Positions 53,039 through 64,000 of a DNA stretch of 64,000 nt are shown here, one piece after another. The notes under the pieces were generated by a model, which did no database searches, had not been told where the DNA came from, and was given only the letters and a program-made list of their open reading frames with translations. The position numbers were made by a program, and so were the translations under genes. The DNA is taken from the NCBI GenBank assembly GCA_965644315.1, contig CBFFRQ010000019.1, forward strand, positions 186,001-250,000, given 5' to 3'. Positions within the stretch are counted from its first letter, which is position 1, and each line of letters starts with the position of its first letter. The stretch is from Caecitellus pseudoparvulus (lineage: Eukaryota; Protista; Bigyra: Bicosoecida).

Positions 53039-55476
53039 ATGGTCAGGAGTCTCACCATTGCGTTGAGTGCTGTGGTGTTGTTGATTCGGTTCAAGATGGA
53101 CGTGATGGGAACTCGCATACACAGCCAAGCTTCAAGAGCGTGGAACTATGATCATGCAAGTGAGCTTCATGTTGGGTCTAGTTCTTGGAGGCCGCACGAG
53201 GCTTGCGCACGGGTTGTGGAGCGGTGTGAGTGGGCTCAAATTCCGCGTGCGTGCACGATTCAAACGACTTGCCCTTGGTCGCCCACGGTGCTTCTCAGTT
53301 GCACAAATACACGCAAATGCTGATTCAAGCAGCGAGTCAGTATCATGTGCGAATCTTGAGGCTGTGGCGATGCCACGTGTGTTGATTCCGTTCCCGAGCG
53401 ACGGCTGCGGCGACCTGCTGGCGCAAGCTGCGGCTCAGGTGGCTCAGGATCTGATAACTTGTGGACTGTGGGGCCAACTGGAGATTGTGGAAGAGTGTAG
53501 GGTGTCCATGGCAGCACGATGGCCAGAATTATCGGCTCCTGCCATGCATGCGTGGGCGACGGCGGCGCAGCTCTCAGGCCAGCTGGCCAAGGCGCTCGTG
53601 TTGTACGAGGGGGTGCTCGTTGAAGATCCTGGGCGAATTGGAGCTTTGGCAAACATGGGCGGAATCCTAGCCTCTCAAGGTCGGATCGACGAGGCCCACG
53701 TAGTTCTGCAACAAGCCCTGAAGCTTGAAGCAAACCACGCCACTGCCCTTGCAAACATGGCGCTCGTTTACCAGGTCTGCGGCAACTGGCGCGCATCCCT
53801 CGCCAGCCTTGAGCGTGCAGTGCGCACAAAACCGTCAGTATCACTGCACATTCGTGCAGCTGCCACAGGTGTTGCGGTACATACCTCTGTGGCAGATATG
53901 TTGGCGTTGCGGCAGCGCTCTTTTTCGCACGCGCAGACGGCCGCGACACTTCAAGCTTCGGGCCGCATCCAACTGGATCCTTTCTTTGAAGTGGAGTTCT
54001 CACCCTTCTCACTTGCATACCATGGCATGAACGACGTGGCACACTTGCAGCTGTTCCGTGACGCAACGCTTGGACCGGGAAGAAAAGTGATTGGGCCGCC
54101 TGCGAAAATGCCACCTCAGGGGGAGAAAGTGCGCGTGGTCTTTGTTTCTGCCCACTTTACTGAAGAGCACATTCACGGGCAGCTGCTGCAGGTAAGTTGG
54201 CATTGCAACCTGGAGCTGTGCGAGCTGTGATTGCACATCCGTTTCCTTCGCTTCGCAGGGGGCCATGGGAGGGTTGGACCGCAGCCAGTTTCACGTCTCT
54301 GCGGTGTGCCTTGGGGCATGTGACCCATTAAGTGAGCCCATCAAGCAGGCAGTGGATGCAGTTGTGCAGCTACCTCGAGCAGTGGGCGCTCTGCAAGGCC
54401 TGGCGCTCCTCAAGCCGCACGTGCTCGTGTATGCGGACCAACACAGCGAGCCTTTGGCTCCTTTCCTTGCCCAGCACAGACTGGCACCCGTTCAGGCGGT
54501 GTTCTGGGGCAACCCTGTCACGTCAGGGCACCGACACAGCATCGACTACTTCATCTCGGGGGAAAAGCTGGAGCACACTCCGGTCCACCATGGCCACTAT
54601 GTTGAGCAAGTTGTGCTGCTGGGGGGGCAGGGTGTGTACTTGCCTCGTCCGCCCAGGACAACACAGGCTACGGAGTGCCCGCTCAGCACCAAGGAACACC
54701 TTCGCACGCTCGAGCCCTCTGTCACTTTTTCTTGTTTACAAAGTGCTCACAAGTTTCACCCACTCTTCGTGCACGCGCTTGCTGAAATTCTGCTGCAAGT
54801 CCCTGGCGCTGTGTTGCTGCTGCTGAAGTCTCGGCGCCCGGAATGGGAAGCACTGCTCAAGGAGCAGATGGATTCACACTTGCATGGCGAGGTGAGAGAG
54901 CGAGTTCTTTGGCTTCCCAGAGCCCGCAACAAACACACCTTCTTGCAGTTAATGGCATGCAGCGACGTGGTGCTCCAACCTTGGCCATTTGACGGCGCTG
55001 GCACTGCAGCAGATGCCTTGAGCCTGCATCTGCCCTTGGTGACCATGCCAACAGAGCATCTGCGAGGCCGCATGGCATGTGCACTCTTGCAGACGGTGGG
55101 GGCCCACAACCTGGTCGCGAGGAACACGAGCGATTTTGTCCGTATTGCAGTTGAGCTCGGGCGCAGTCCCAGTCTCCGATACCAGGCGCAAGCCACAATC
55201 CTCCAAGGCCACGAGCGACTCTGGGAGCAACAAGCGTATGTCTTGGACTGGCAACTTTGGCTTCAGCGCGTGACTCGGCGAAGCCGTGGCTCCATTGGAA
55301 GCACACTGGATTCCTTGCGACGCAATCAGCCGCACGCGATCTGGAACGAGGCGCTCCAGGAGGCCCTTGATTCCACTAGCCACACACAAAGAAGGCAAGG
55401 CGCAAAGTGGACGCTTGGTACTTGTCCAGCGTTTATGTTTGGTGAACTCAAGATGGCCCCCGAAAGAATGCGATGA
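53039..55476 (+). CDS. TPR-containing GT41 glycosyltransferase (SPINDLY/OGT-like); intron 54192-54258, 5' end uncertain
   Basis: TPRs (ALANMGGILASQGRIDEA..LQQALKL..HATALANMA). GT41 motifs: VRVVFVSAHF..HIHG, RLAPVQAVFWGNPVTSG..IDYFIS, QSAHKFHP and DVVLQPWPFDGAGTAADAL..PLVTM..LRGR. Confidence 0.85.
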
Positions 55477-58400
55477 GGTCATCAAGTGTGAGCTTCGCAG
55501 AAGCTGTCGAGGAGCCGGCAGCAAGGGCGGACGAGGCCAAGGCCGCCTTCTTTTCATGCAATGCCAGGAGCGTCTCCTCAACGCTGGCACTCACGATGAA
55601 CCTCTGCACGATGACTGGCTTGGTGGCACCCAAGCGCCACACGCGGCCGATGGCCTGCTCTTCAACCTGGACATTCCACCACGGGTCGACGATTAAGCAG
55701 ATACAAGCCTCCGTTAAGTTCAGGCCAAGGGCAGCAGCTTTCATGGACATGAGCATCGTGCATGTCTTCGGCTCAGTTTTGAACCTGTGGACGGCTGCTT
55801 CACGTTTGGCTTGGGGCATGGAGCCATCAAGCCGCTCAAAGACGAGGCCTGCCTTCCGCAGGGGAATCTCCAACAAGTCTAGCATTGAGGTCCACTGACT
55901 GAACACCACAGCTTTCATGGGCCCTGTGGTCGAAATGTGTGGCCCGAGGAGCTCCCTGATCTCACGGGAATCGATGCCCCCATGCCCCAGCTGCTGTTGA
56001 GGCTCAGAGTGTTCGGCGGCAGTTGCTAAGCCCAGTTCGGCCTGTTCCGGAGGAGTGCAGGCCACCGAATCTTCAGAAACCACAGCATCTGAATCTGAAT
56101 CACCACTTTCGGTGGCAGAGGAGGACAGGGTTCCCTCCGACACTCGCGAGGAGCGGAGAACTCGCTGCGGCTGGCTGGGACCTGCTGTCGCTCGCCTGCG
56201 CTGAGCCCGTGTGGACAGCCCCCTTGCAGAAGGTCTAAGCCTTTTGGTCCCCCTTCTCGGTTGGCGATGTGACTCCCGTGAAGAACCCGAACGCAAGAAC
56301 CTTGCCATGCTAGCACCGGCTGGTCGACTGCTGTGCGGAACAGGGTCAACTCCGTCAGCACCAGTGTCCCCTTCATCCAGGCTCCAAAACTGCGCGTTGA
56401 AGGACTGGAGTGCTTCCAGAACTTGCACAACACGCTTTGATTTGGAGCTCCATAACCAGTCCTGTGCCAGGCCGTGCATGGTGGCAACCGAAGCACTGTG
56501 GACAACATTTGGCTCGGCTGCCGCAGCGGCTTGACCAGTGGCCACGGAGATGATGTCCTCATCTCCCAGGTCCTTACGGCAAAATGGACACGTTCGAGAT
56601 GAGCCAAACTTGAATGCTTCGTCCAAGCATTCCTTGCAGAACACCTTGGCACAGCACACTCCGATCACGGCTCCTTGCGGCTTCATCATGCAGATTGGGC
56701 AGGACAGTTCTGCTGTCCCGCCTGATGACAGCTTGCTTAAAACGTGCTGCACATACTCAGGCAAGCCCGCAAAAGCGGAAGAGGATGCTGTGGCATCTGA
56801 TGTTCCTGCAGACAACGTACTGCCAGACTCTTCTTTTGAAGCATGAGATGCGGAGCTCCGAAACTTGTCATACAAGCTGCTCACCACATCGGGCTGCAGA
56901 GCGTCGTCACTTGCATGCTTCGGCACTGCAGGCCCTGGGGTGAGATCATCAGAAGGGCGGTCTCCGTGAGTCCCCAAGACTAGCAGAGGGTGGTCGCAGG
57001 CTTGTCGGAGGCGCAGGAGCAGCGTAAGCATGGCAGCGTACTTGTGCATGACGCTCCCTGCAGCCATGAAGCCCTCAAATTGAAGCTGCACACGCTGATA
57101 CAAGGCCGAGTAAAACACCCGCTCAGCAGGAGAGAAATCCAGCTTCACGACTGTCACATGCCGTGGTGGCAGTGCCACGATCGGCTTGCCGTCGACGTCT
57201 CGCATGTCCTTCGTGCGTCGAAGTAGAATGGGGCGAAGCACTGCCTGCACTGTGTGCACGGCTTCTTGGGAGCCTGACTTGTAGGGGTCCGTGACCATGC
57301 GCTTCCACCACTGGTGCTCACACCACGGCTCATGTGAGAGGAAGTGCAGCAAAGAGAAGAGGTCGTCGAGGCTGTTGTGCAGTGGGGTGCCTGTCAAGCA
57401 CCACTTCGTGTGCCCCGTCAGTGCGAAGCAAGCACGGGCACTTTCCGTCTCCCGGTTGCGAATTTCGTGTGCTTCATCCAGCACAATGCGGTCCCAGTGC
57501 ACCCCATACAGAACACCCAAGCTGTCATCACTGCGCAGCGAACCGCCTCCTGGCCCCACACCCAGCTGCACCTGGCTGCCAGCAACAGCTGCTGCAAGGG
57601 TCGACGCGTCTTTGCGCTGCAGTGCGAGGAGCTCTGCCTTGAGGCATCCGTAGCTGGTCACAACCACATCATGCTGAGCAAGCTCTGCAGGACTGCTCGC
57701 GCGCCCAGATCCATAGTGCTCCAAAGCGCGCAGAGCCCCGCCGGTGAACTTGCGAACCTCCTGAGTCCACTGTCGCACTACGGAGAGAGGGGCGACGATA
57801 AGCGTGGCTTTGATCGCAGGTCCATTGCGCTGCTCCCCTGTCATGGGTGCGCCCTTGTCATCTTCGCCTAACACTCCAGGGCAGCTCCATCCCCGCTCAT
57901 GCCGTCGTTGACAGAGCAATGCCAGAAGCTCAATGGTCTTGCCCATTCCCATTTCATCTGCTAGAATCCCACCTTTGCAAGGCTTGGCAATTGGTGGTGG
58001 GGAGAGTGACGCAATGCGACTGTAAGGGTTGACAAACACTCTGTCAAAGGCAGGCCGGCGTGTGTGAGTGGTGGAAGACAAAGCACACTCGCGCCATAGT
58101 GGGTTCTCTGAAAGAGATGGCGGCGATGGTCCAGAAACGCTTCCTTCTGGGGTTTCAGAAATGTGAGTTCTGCTAGGGGTGGCGGTCTGCGGCTGATCGT
58201 GGGATGCGGGTAGCTCTCCCTCAGTGCCTGTCTGGGCGTCCGGCGGACCGGCCCCGGAGGCGGCCGAGCTTCCGCTGGGGAACACAATGCACCGGCCATC
58301 ATCGTCTCCTGGCATCTGCGCGCGCTCCCGACCTAGCATCCAAGACAAGGCTTGCATCTGGTATGGCCTGAGTGTCAAGTGCTCCATCATGAGGTCTAGA

Positions 58401-59760
58401 GTCTGTTTGAAGTTGTGGAGCGGGGCCCTCTGCCCACCCTGAAGCAGGGTCTCAGCATCGCGAGCATCGACCGGCTTGTCAGATTTGTCGCTGTGGCTGT
58501 TGGGATCAATATCAGATGGGGCGGGGGCTGCCGTGGTCGGCTGGTCATGGGCTGGGCCCGCAGACACCTGCACGAGCTGCGGGGTCTGATTGTGCACTGC
58601 AGCATGAATCATTGCGTACACTCGCTCACGGAGCTCTGGAAGGCTTGCATGGCATGCTTTGAGAGCCGCCCGGGCGACACAGATGTCTCCAGACGAGCGC
58701 GGCGCCAGCATGGAGTCTGCACTTGAACTTCCGGCGCCGGTGCTGCTTTGCCCCTGCATGAGGCGCCGAACAAGAGCCTGATCAGTGGAGTGGCAGCTGG
58801 GGCCATGCACGGCCAAGACTTGGTGGGGAGGCTTGCGTGAGAGAAGCCACGAGTTGGCCGCGGGGTGGAAGAGTGAAAACGCAGCGGTGTGTGCGCGAAC
58901 GTGAACCTGCAGAGGAATGGGTGTGAAAACGTCGCACACAGGAGGGGGTGACATGATCACTCCCCGCAATTCAAAGAGGCCCGAGTCCAGGACAGGCGCG
59001 ACGATGGCGGCTAGGGCTGCAGGCAAGCGTGCGAAGACCTGACGCCCATGCTGCGTTGGAAGCCCGACCCGCACAAATTGATCCGCCTTTTGCTTGCGCC
59101 TTCGCGACCTGGCCCCCCTCGCTGCGACTGCAGCTCGCGCAGCTTGAAGTTTTGTGCGCGTGTGGGCAGTTATGTCCCGGTACAGTACCACCTCGTCGCC
59201 GTGCTTGGCAGGTGGAGTCCCTCGGCGTGTTGAGCTTGCTTGGCAGACGAAGCTGCCCAACGGCAGCCAGCGCTGGTCTGAGTCTTCAGTAGGGAACTCT
59301 GACAATGTTGCTATTGGCTTGGAAGGGCGGGGGGGCGTGTCATCTTCTATGTGGATGACGCCGTCATCATTCAAAGCTGAATCGAGCGTCGGGGTGAGAG
59401 TTCTTCGGGCACTTGTCTGGGGCATACTGTCACGGACTCGTGGGTCTTCCTCTGAAGCTCCGCCAGACGGCACATGTTGGTGTCTAATCACAGGCCTCGC
59501 AGGGTGTGATCCTGCCGTGCGCCGAGCTTGAGAGGCGAAGGTCGTGCCGGGCTCAAACCACCTGCGAAAGTGCGGAGCCACGTTCAAAGCAAGCTGTGCC
59601 AGGCATGGCCTCGTGCACGAGCCACGCACGCGTTCACTGCTGCGGAGACTGAGCCAGCCCTGCGAATTGCTTTGCGGGCATCCACATCTGCGATGCTCTC
59701 GTCTCCTATGAATGCCTTGAATTGCTTCACCTGCGAAGAAAGCGCTGCAGTAGAAGCCAT
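55448..59760 (-). CDS. RAD5: RAD5/HLTF-type DNA repair protein (HIRAN + SNF2 helicase + RING); intron 59562-59629
   Basis: HIRAN (FARLPAALAAIVAPVLDSG), LRPYQMQALSWM, GGILADEMGMGKT, RIVLDEAH, LTGTP, LLRLRQACDHP, RING CPIC..FCKEC..CPFCR, VVFSQWTSMLDL, GLNLT and QAIGRVWRLG. Confidence 0.95.
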
Positions 59761-60131
59761 CCCAGCGTTTCGCATGTAACACTCTCCGCGAGACAGAGAG
59801 GAGGGAGCTGGCCTCAACTTTGCCACAAATGTGTGGAGGTACGGGATATTGTGGCAACTGCTTTTAATGGCGTGCAATGACTTACTGCCACTTCTTTTCC
59901 CCCGCCTGCCCTGCCGCACTGCGCTCCCCTCCAGCGAACTGCAGCAACAATCCTCACACTCGTGTCAAATTCCGGAACTCTACAGAACGCACACGAGGCC
60001 CATTCGCTCTACGAGTCTCTTCCCTGCTTCCAGCGCCCAGAGCTCTGCACGGCGGGTTTCGCGGTGAAACGCCACCGCCCCACTTGGTTTCCGAGGCCGC
60101 CCTCCTTGCGCTGCAACCTCCCTCCCACAAC

Positions 60132-60486
60132 ATGGCAAGTCGAGCCCATCCAATTTTCCAGCTGCAGCTGCTTTCATTGCGCCGCCTGTTCCTCTGCACA
60201 GCTGTTCCTGACCTTTTTCAAGACCCTCGTGGGTAAGCAGGTGACAGTTGAGCTGAAGAACTCACTGGCAGTGACAGGCACGCTGCACAGCGTGGACCAG
60301 TACATGAACTTTCGCCTCGATGGTGCAAGTGTGGTAGACGAGGCTGCCTTTCCACAGCTGATGGCAGTCAAGAGCATGTTCATCCGTGGCTCGACAGTTC
60401 GCTACGTGCACTTGTCCAGCTCAGATGTGGACACGGACGTGCTCCAGGACGCTGCTCGGAAAGCGGCCTCTGGCTCAGCGAAGTAA
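60132..60486 (+). CDS. LSM2: U6 snRNA-associated Sm-like protein LSm2; ATG exon followed by a GC-AG intron (60135-60201)
   Basis: M|LFLTFFKTLVGKQVTVELKNSLAVTGTLHSVDQYMNFRL..FIRGSTVRYVHL..VDTDVLQDAARK. Confidence 0.95.
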
Positions 60487-60962
60487 AGCCACCCCCATGC
60501 CACTGCTACCGCTGCGGCTGTGCCTGTCCTCCCAGCTGCTGCCAGGCATGTGAACCACACAAGGAGCCAGTCCATTGCCACGCCTACGTGCACCAACACC
60601 CCCCTCCATGGTGGCTGGTGAGGCACGGCAGCTAGAGCGCTCTCTCAGTCTAGAGGCCCCTTCCCTTGTCAACGTTCTGAGACTCGCCTCGTGGCGAATG
60701 CACGCAAGCCAACGCTGCAAAGCTAGCTCACGCCAATCCTGCTACTCCCTGCACCCTCCTCTGTGCTACCGGCAGCAATCACGCCCACAGCCACAAAATT
60801 GGCCCTCCTCAAAGTCGTTACCATGCAAGTGTCCTCTACTTGGTCTGCCAGAGCTGAGGCTTGCCTCGGATTCCTGGTGTGCTCTGCGAGTAGCGGCGTG
60901 GACAAGGCGAATTCCGCAACTGCACCCGGCGTGCTGGCGGCACCGCCAAGACAAGGATCAAG

Positions 60963-63785
60963 ATGGCAGGGCAAATGGAGCGCATGAAGGCTCTCATGGC
61001 CAGCTACTACGCCATTCAAGGAGACGGTGGCTCTGGAGCTGCGGCAGTAGACACAGCGCGAGACCTGGATGGTGCAGGCTTCGACGCAGAGCTGTACAGC
61101 CGCGAGCTGCTGCAGGAGCAAACCCTGCCCCAGTTGATTGCGAAGGAGGAGACCTTGCGTTCGGAAGTGCGCTCCCTAGACTCCAGCATGCAGAACTTGG
61201 TGTACGAGAACTACAACAAGTTCTTGGATGCCGCCGACACCGTGCGAGACATGCGCAGCAGCGTTGGTGACATTGAGGGCAAGCTGGCCCACCTGAGCGA
61301 GGCAATCGAGACACTGGGCTCCACTGCAGATCAGCTGTCGAGGGAACTGGAGCCATCCCGTGAAAAAATCACACAGCTTGTTGGCGTGCGTGGGCTGCTG
61401 GAGAAGCTGGAGTTCCTGTACGACCTGCCACTGCGCCTGCGCCGGGCTGTTGAGCTCGGCGCGCACGGGCAGGCAGTGCGGTACTACGCCGCTGCAGCCA
61501 GCGTGCTGGCGCGGCATAGGGACGTGCCCTCTCTTGCTAACATCGCCGGGGAGGCGCGGGACATCATGGTGGACTTGGCCAACACACTGCGAGGCGCCGT
61601 TGATTCGTACGCGTCCGGTGTACGGGCAGGCGGGCGCAGCGCTGGTCTCTCCAGCTTTGGAGAATCATTGCGCCTGCTGCACGTGCTTGGTGAGCCTGCA
61701 GACCAGCTGTGCGCGGTGTTTTTGGAGACACATGCTGCCCTCCTACGAAACACCATGCGGGCGTACCTGGCGTCGGAGGGCTGGGGCTCAGACCCGTCTG
61801 CCTTCATGGCTGGCCTGAATGACAGATTCGTCGACCCCCTCGTGTCTACCTGCGAAGCATACGAAGAGGTGTTTCTCAGCGTCCACGGTGGGGCTGGTGA
61901 GAGTGATGCCAGCGGGGGCGTGGCTGCCGTGCATGAGGATGCCAAGGTCGTGTCCAGCATCTCCAGCCAAGCTCCGGAGCCTACAGACGGGCTGCCAGCG
62001 CTCCCCATATCGCGTGCTCCCCTCGTCAACATGGCACGATCCGTTGCCGGGGCTTACTTTGAAGCCGTGGTGAAGGTGCTGTCGGAGTGGCAAGGTGAGG
62101 GGGAGGGCGATGCGGCGAGGCAGGTGGCGGCTGACCGCCTGCAGCCTGTGCTGGGCATGCTGCTGACGGACATGCGCGCAGCTGCAGCGAGGCTCCCCGA
62201 GCTGCGACTGGTCGGCCGAGCGTCTGAGTCGGTGACGGCCATCTTGCGTGCACACGTGCAGGGCGCGTTCGCTGCGGTGCGCACTGAGACAGCCCAGGCC
62301 CTGGCGCGGCTTGTGGGGCAGCAAACACTCTTGCGCTCATCTGCCCGGACTCAAGAGGTGAAAGACTTGACCCCTGACTTGGCGCCTGCAACCCCAGACG
62401 TGCCTGCCCCGGCTGCAGCAGGCTCGGGGGAAGTGGAGCATGAGCCAGCGCAGCCAGGGGTGAGGCAACCTCCCGCCCCAACGCAGCCCCACACCCCGGG
62501 CACAGTCGGGTGGAGGGTGTTGTATGGCCGCTCGCTTCGGGGGGGCATCCAGGGCGTTGTGGTGAGGAGTGTGCAGTCGATGTCTGGCGCTCTGCGCAGC
62601 AGTGCACCGCTGGCTACCATCGGCTGCAGCCTGCTCCCAGACTTGGCCCCCGCGTTCACCGGCCTGCTAGCGGAGCAGGCCGTTCAGTGCCTACTGTGGC
62701 TCACTGGAACCCTAGAAAGCGTGGGGGACGCAACGCACCCCGCCTTGCCTGGATGCGAGGGCGTGCAGTTGCAGGTAGCAGGCGGGGGAGGAGGGGGCGG
62801 CCGTGTTGGAGCTGACACCGCGCCCACATTGCGGCTGCGTGCGCAAGGAACAGTGCAGGGCCTTGTGCTTAGCACCCCCACCACTCTGCCGATCGAATGG
62901 TTGCTGACATTTGCACACGGGTGCCTCCTGCTGGCCAAGGATGGCATCCCCACCTGCCTCCGGGCGCTGGGTGAGGTGCTTGCGACTGTGCCTGGTGGGG
63001 GTATGGGTGCAGCGGTACACCAGCCAGATATCCGAAGCCGGGCTGCGGCAGGAGCTAAACGCTTGACCCGGGCTTACATCTTGGGCGTGGGGGGCGACTT
63101 GGCTGATACGCTGCGACAAGGGCTGCTTACTGGAGACTGGATGGACATGCCGGAGCCGCGAGGAGCCAGCCTTGCCACACGTTTGGCACTGGAAACCCTT
63201 ACCCACCATCGAGAAATGACCGCAGGCATCATCGAAGCGAAAACCGGACTCGGACCTTGTCTCCCGGCAGCTGCCGACGGCGGCGAGGCGTGTGAGGCGG
63301 ACGCAAGCGCTGTTTTGTCAGCATTGCCGCTGCCCACCGGCCAAGCAGCCCGCAAGTTGGCAGCTGGACTAGGAGGCGGGGCTCTAGGCAAGGATAGCTC
63401 TGGGGGTGCTGATGGCGGCTTGCACTTGGGCATCGAGCAACTCTTTGCTGTGGCCAAGAGCCCCGCGCTGAAGGCTCTGGACCTGACCCTGCCGGCCATC
63501 ACAGCATGTGCTGCTCGCGTGGCGGTGGACACGCTGGTTGAGGCTGTGCGTGACATGACTCTGGGGCAGGGTGGGTACCAGCAGCTGCAAGTGGACACCG
63601 CCACTCTGTTCCTGGTGCTGGGTGCCAGCATGACAGGCAAGGCTTTCACAGCCGCCCAGGTGGAGGCCAGGTGTCGTGATGTGTTGGTGTCTGCAGTGGA
63701 TAGGTGTGTGGACCTGCAGCCACTCCCGCCCACTGTCGTCTACGCCGTCGCAACAGAGGGCTTGCCTCGCATGCGCTTGCGGTGA
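60963..63785 (+). CDS. VPS51: GARP/EARP tethering complex subunit VPS51
   Basis: LMASYY, DLDGAGFDAELY..LPQLI..LRSEVRSLDSSMQNLVYENYNKFLDAADTV, LLEKLEFLYDLP.RL and C-terminal LVEAVRDMTLGQGGYQQLQVD..RCVDLQPL. Confidence 0.93.
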   Translation: MAGQMERMKALMASYYAIQGDGGSGAAAVDTARDLDGAGFDAELYSRELLQEQTLPQLIAKEETLRSEVRSLDSSMQNLVYENYNKFLDAADTVRDMRSSVGDIEGKLAHLSEAIETLGSTADQLSRELEPSREKITQLVGVRGLLEKLEFLYDLPLRLRRAVELGAHGQAVRYYAAAASVLARHRDVPSLANIAGEARDIMVDLANTLRGAVDSYASGVRAGGRSAGLSSFGESLRLLHVLGEPADQLCAVFLETHAALLRNTMRAYLASEGWGSDPSAFMAGLNDRFVDPLVSTCEAYEEVFLSVHGGAGESDASGGVAAVHEDAKVVSSISSQAPEPTDGLPALPISRAPLVNMARSVAGAYFEAVVKVLSEWQGEGEGDAARQVAADRLQPVLGMLLTDMRAAAARLPELRLVGRASESVTAILRAHVQGAFAAVRTETAQALARLVGQQTLLRSSARTQEVKDLTPDLAPATPDVPAPAAAGSGEVEHEPAQPGVRQPPAPTQPHTPGTVGWRVLYGRSLRGGIQGVVVRSVQSMSGALRSSAPLATIGCSLLPDLAPAFTGLLAEQAVQCLLWLTGTLESVGDATHPALPGCEGVQLQVAGGGGGGGRVGADTAPTLRLRAQGTVQGLVLSTPTTLPIEWLLTFAHGCLLLAKDGIPTCLRALGEVLATVPGGGMGAAVHQPDIRSRAAAGAKRLTRAYILGVGGDLADTLRQGLLTGDWMDMPEPRGASLATRLALETLTHHREMTAGIIEAKTGLGPCLPAAADGGEACEADASAVLSALPLPTGQAARKLAAGLGGGALGKDSSGGADGGLHLGIEQLFAVAKSPALKALDLTLPAITACAARVAVDTLVEAVRDMTLGQGGYQQLQVDTATLFLVLGASMTGKAFTAAQVEARCRDVLVSAVDRCVDLQPLPPTVVYAVATEGLPRMRLR

Positions 63786-64000
63786 GTGGGCGAAGTGCTC
63801 CCCACGATAATCGTTTGGTTTGCCAAAAACCCCACTCCGTTGAAACACGGCCTTTGCCACCCTGTCGACATGGTGTGCGAAGCCACAAGTAATCATGGCG
63901 AAGTCACTTGCATTGCTCATTGTGGCAGCAGGCGCGGCGGCGGCCGCTGCCGGTGCTGTGCGTGGCCAGTCTCCTGACTCGCCTGCCTCGCCCAGTGCCT

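Noticed and set aside
56560-56710. RAD5 RING lacking the canonical His (VCCAKVFC)
   Set aside because: An adjacent extra Cys can plausibly supply the ligand. This is a minor variant, not evidence of a pseudogene.
5888-63785. Apparent cluster of endomembrane genes (TOM1, VPS29, Asterix, VMP1, Derlin, PX protein, VPS51)
   Set aside because: They act in different pathways, are interspersed with unrelated genes, and trafficking genes are abundant in compact protist genomes. No statistical support is available.
1012-63977. Hundreds of long overlapping or antisense ORFs in the ORF track (e.g. 1012-2559 +, 5681-6610 +, 26734-27786 +)
   Set aside because: These are shadow ORFs expected at high GC. 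They overlap well-supported genes and show no family motifs.
1-64000. Alternative genetic code or selenocysteine read-through
   Set aside because: All modelled genes translate with the standard code and end at TAA, TAG or TGA. In-frame stops are explained by introns.

Overview
This is gene-dense, GC-rich (about 60-75% in most genes by spot counts) eukaryotic nuclear DNA. It has short GT-AG spliceosomal introns (mostly 60-150 nt) and very short intergenic spacers. Gene content and profilin type suggest a heterotrophic SAR protist, probably a stramenopile flagellate (inference). I can support 27 protein-coding genes and one tRNA-Arg(ACG). Most are housekeeping: BPNT1-like, NAP1/NCKAP1, TOM1-like, mitochondrial carrier, SCCPDH, cytochrome b5, profilin, RPAC1, RPS25, VPS29, Asterix, Erv1, KNTC1/ROD, VMP1, Derlin, a GT41/SPY-like glycosyltransferase, RAD5, LSM2 and VPS51. 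Gene models were spliced by hand from the sequence, and family calls rest on remembered motifs, not database searches. The most notable observations are: (1) a Derlin gene whose best splice solution needs a single-nucleotide exon at 41332; (2) a ~2.7 kb low-GC trough without a convincing ORF at ~50.3-53.0 kb, with depressed GC in the flanking genes, a candidate short regional centromere; (3) next to it, an accessory-looking block of a bacterial AqpS-type (arsenite channel) aquaporin, the tRNA and a degenerate P-loop NTPase/nuclease-like gene; (4) unusual domain architectures, namely PX + nucleotidyltransferase + LOTUS-like, ankyrin + XK scramblase, a membrane-anchored pseudo-cyclophilin, and a profilin with an apicomplexan-type arm.
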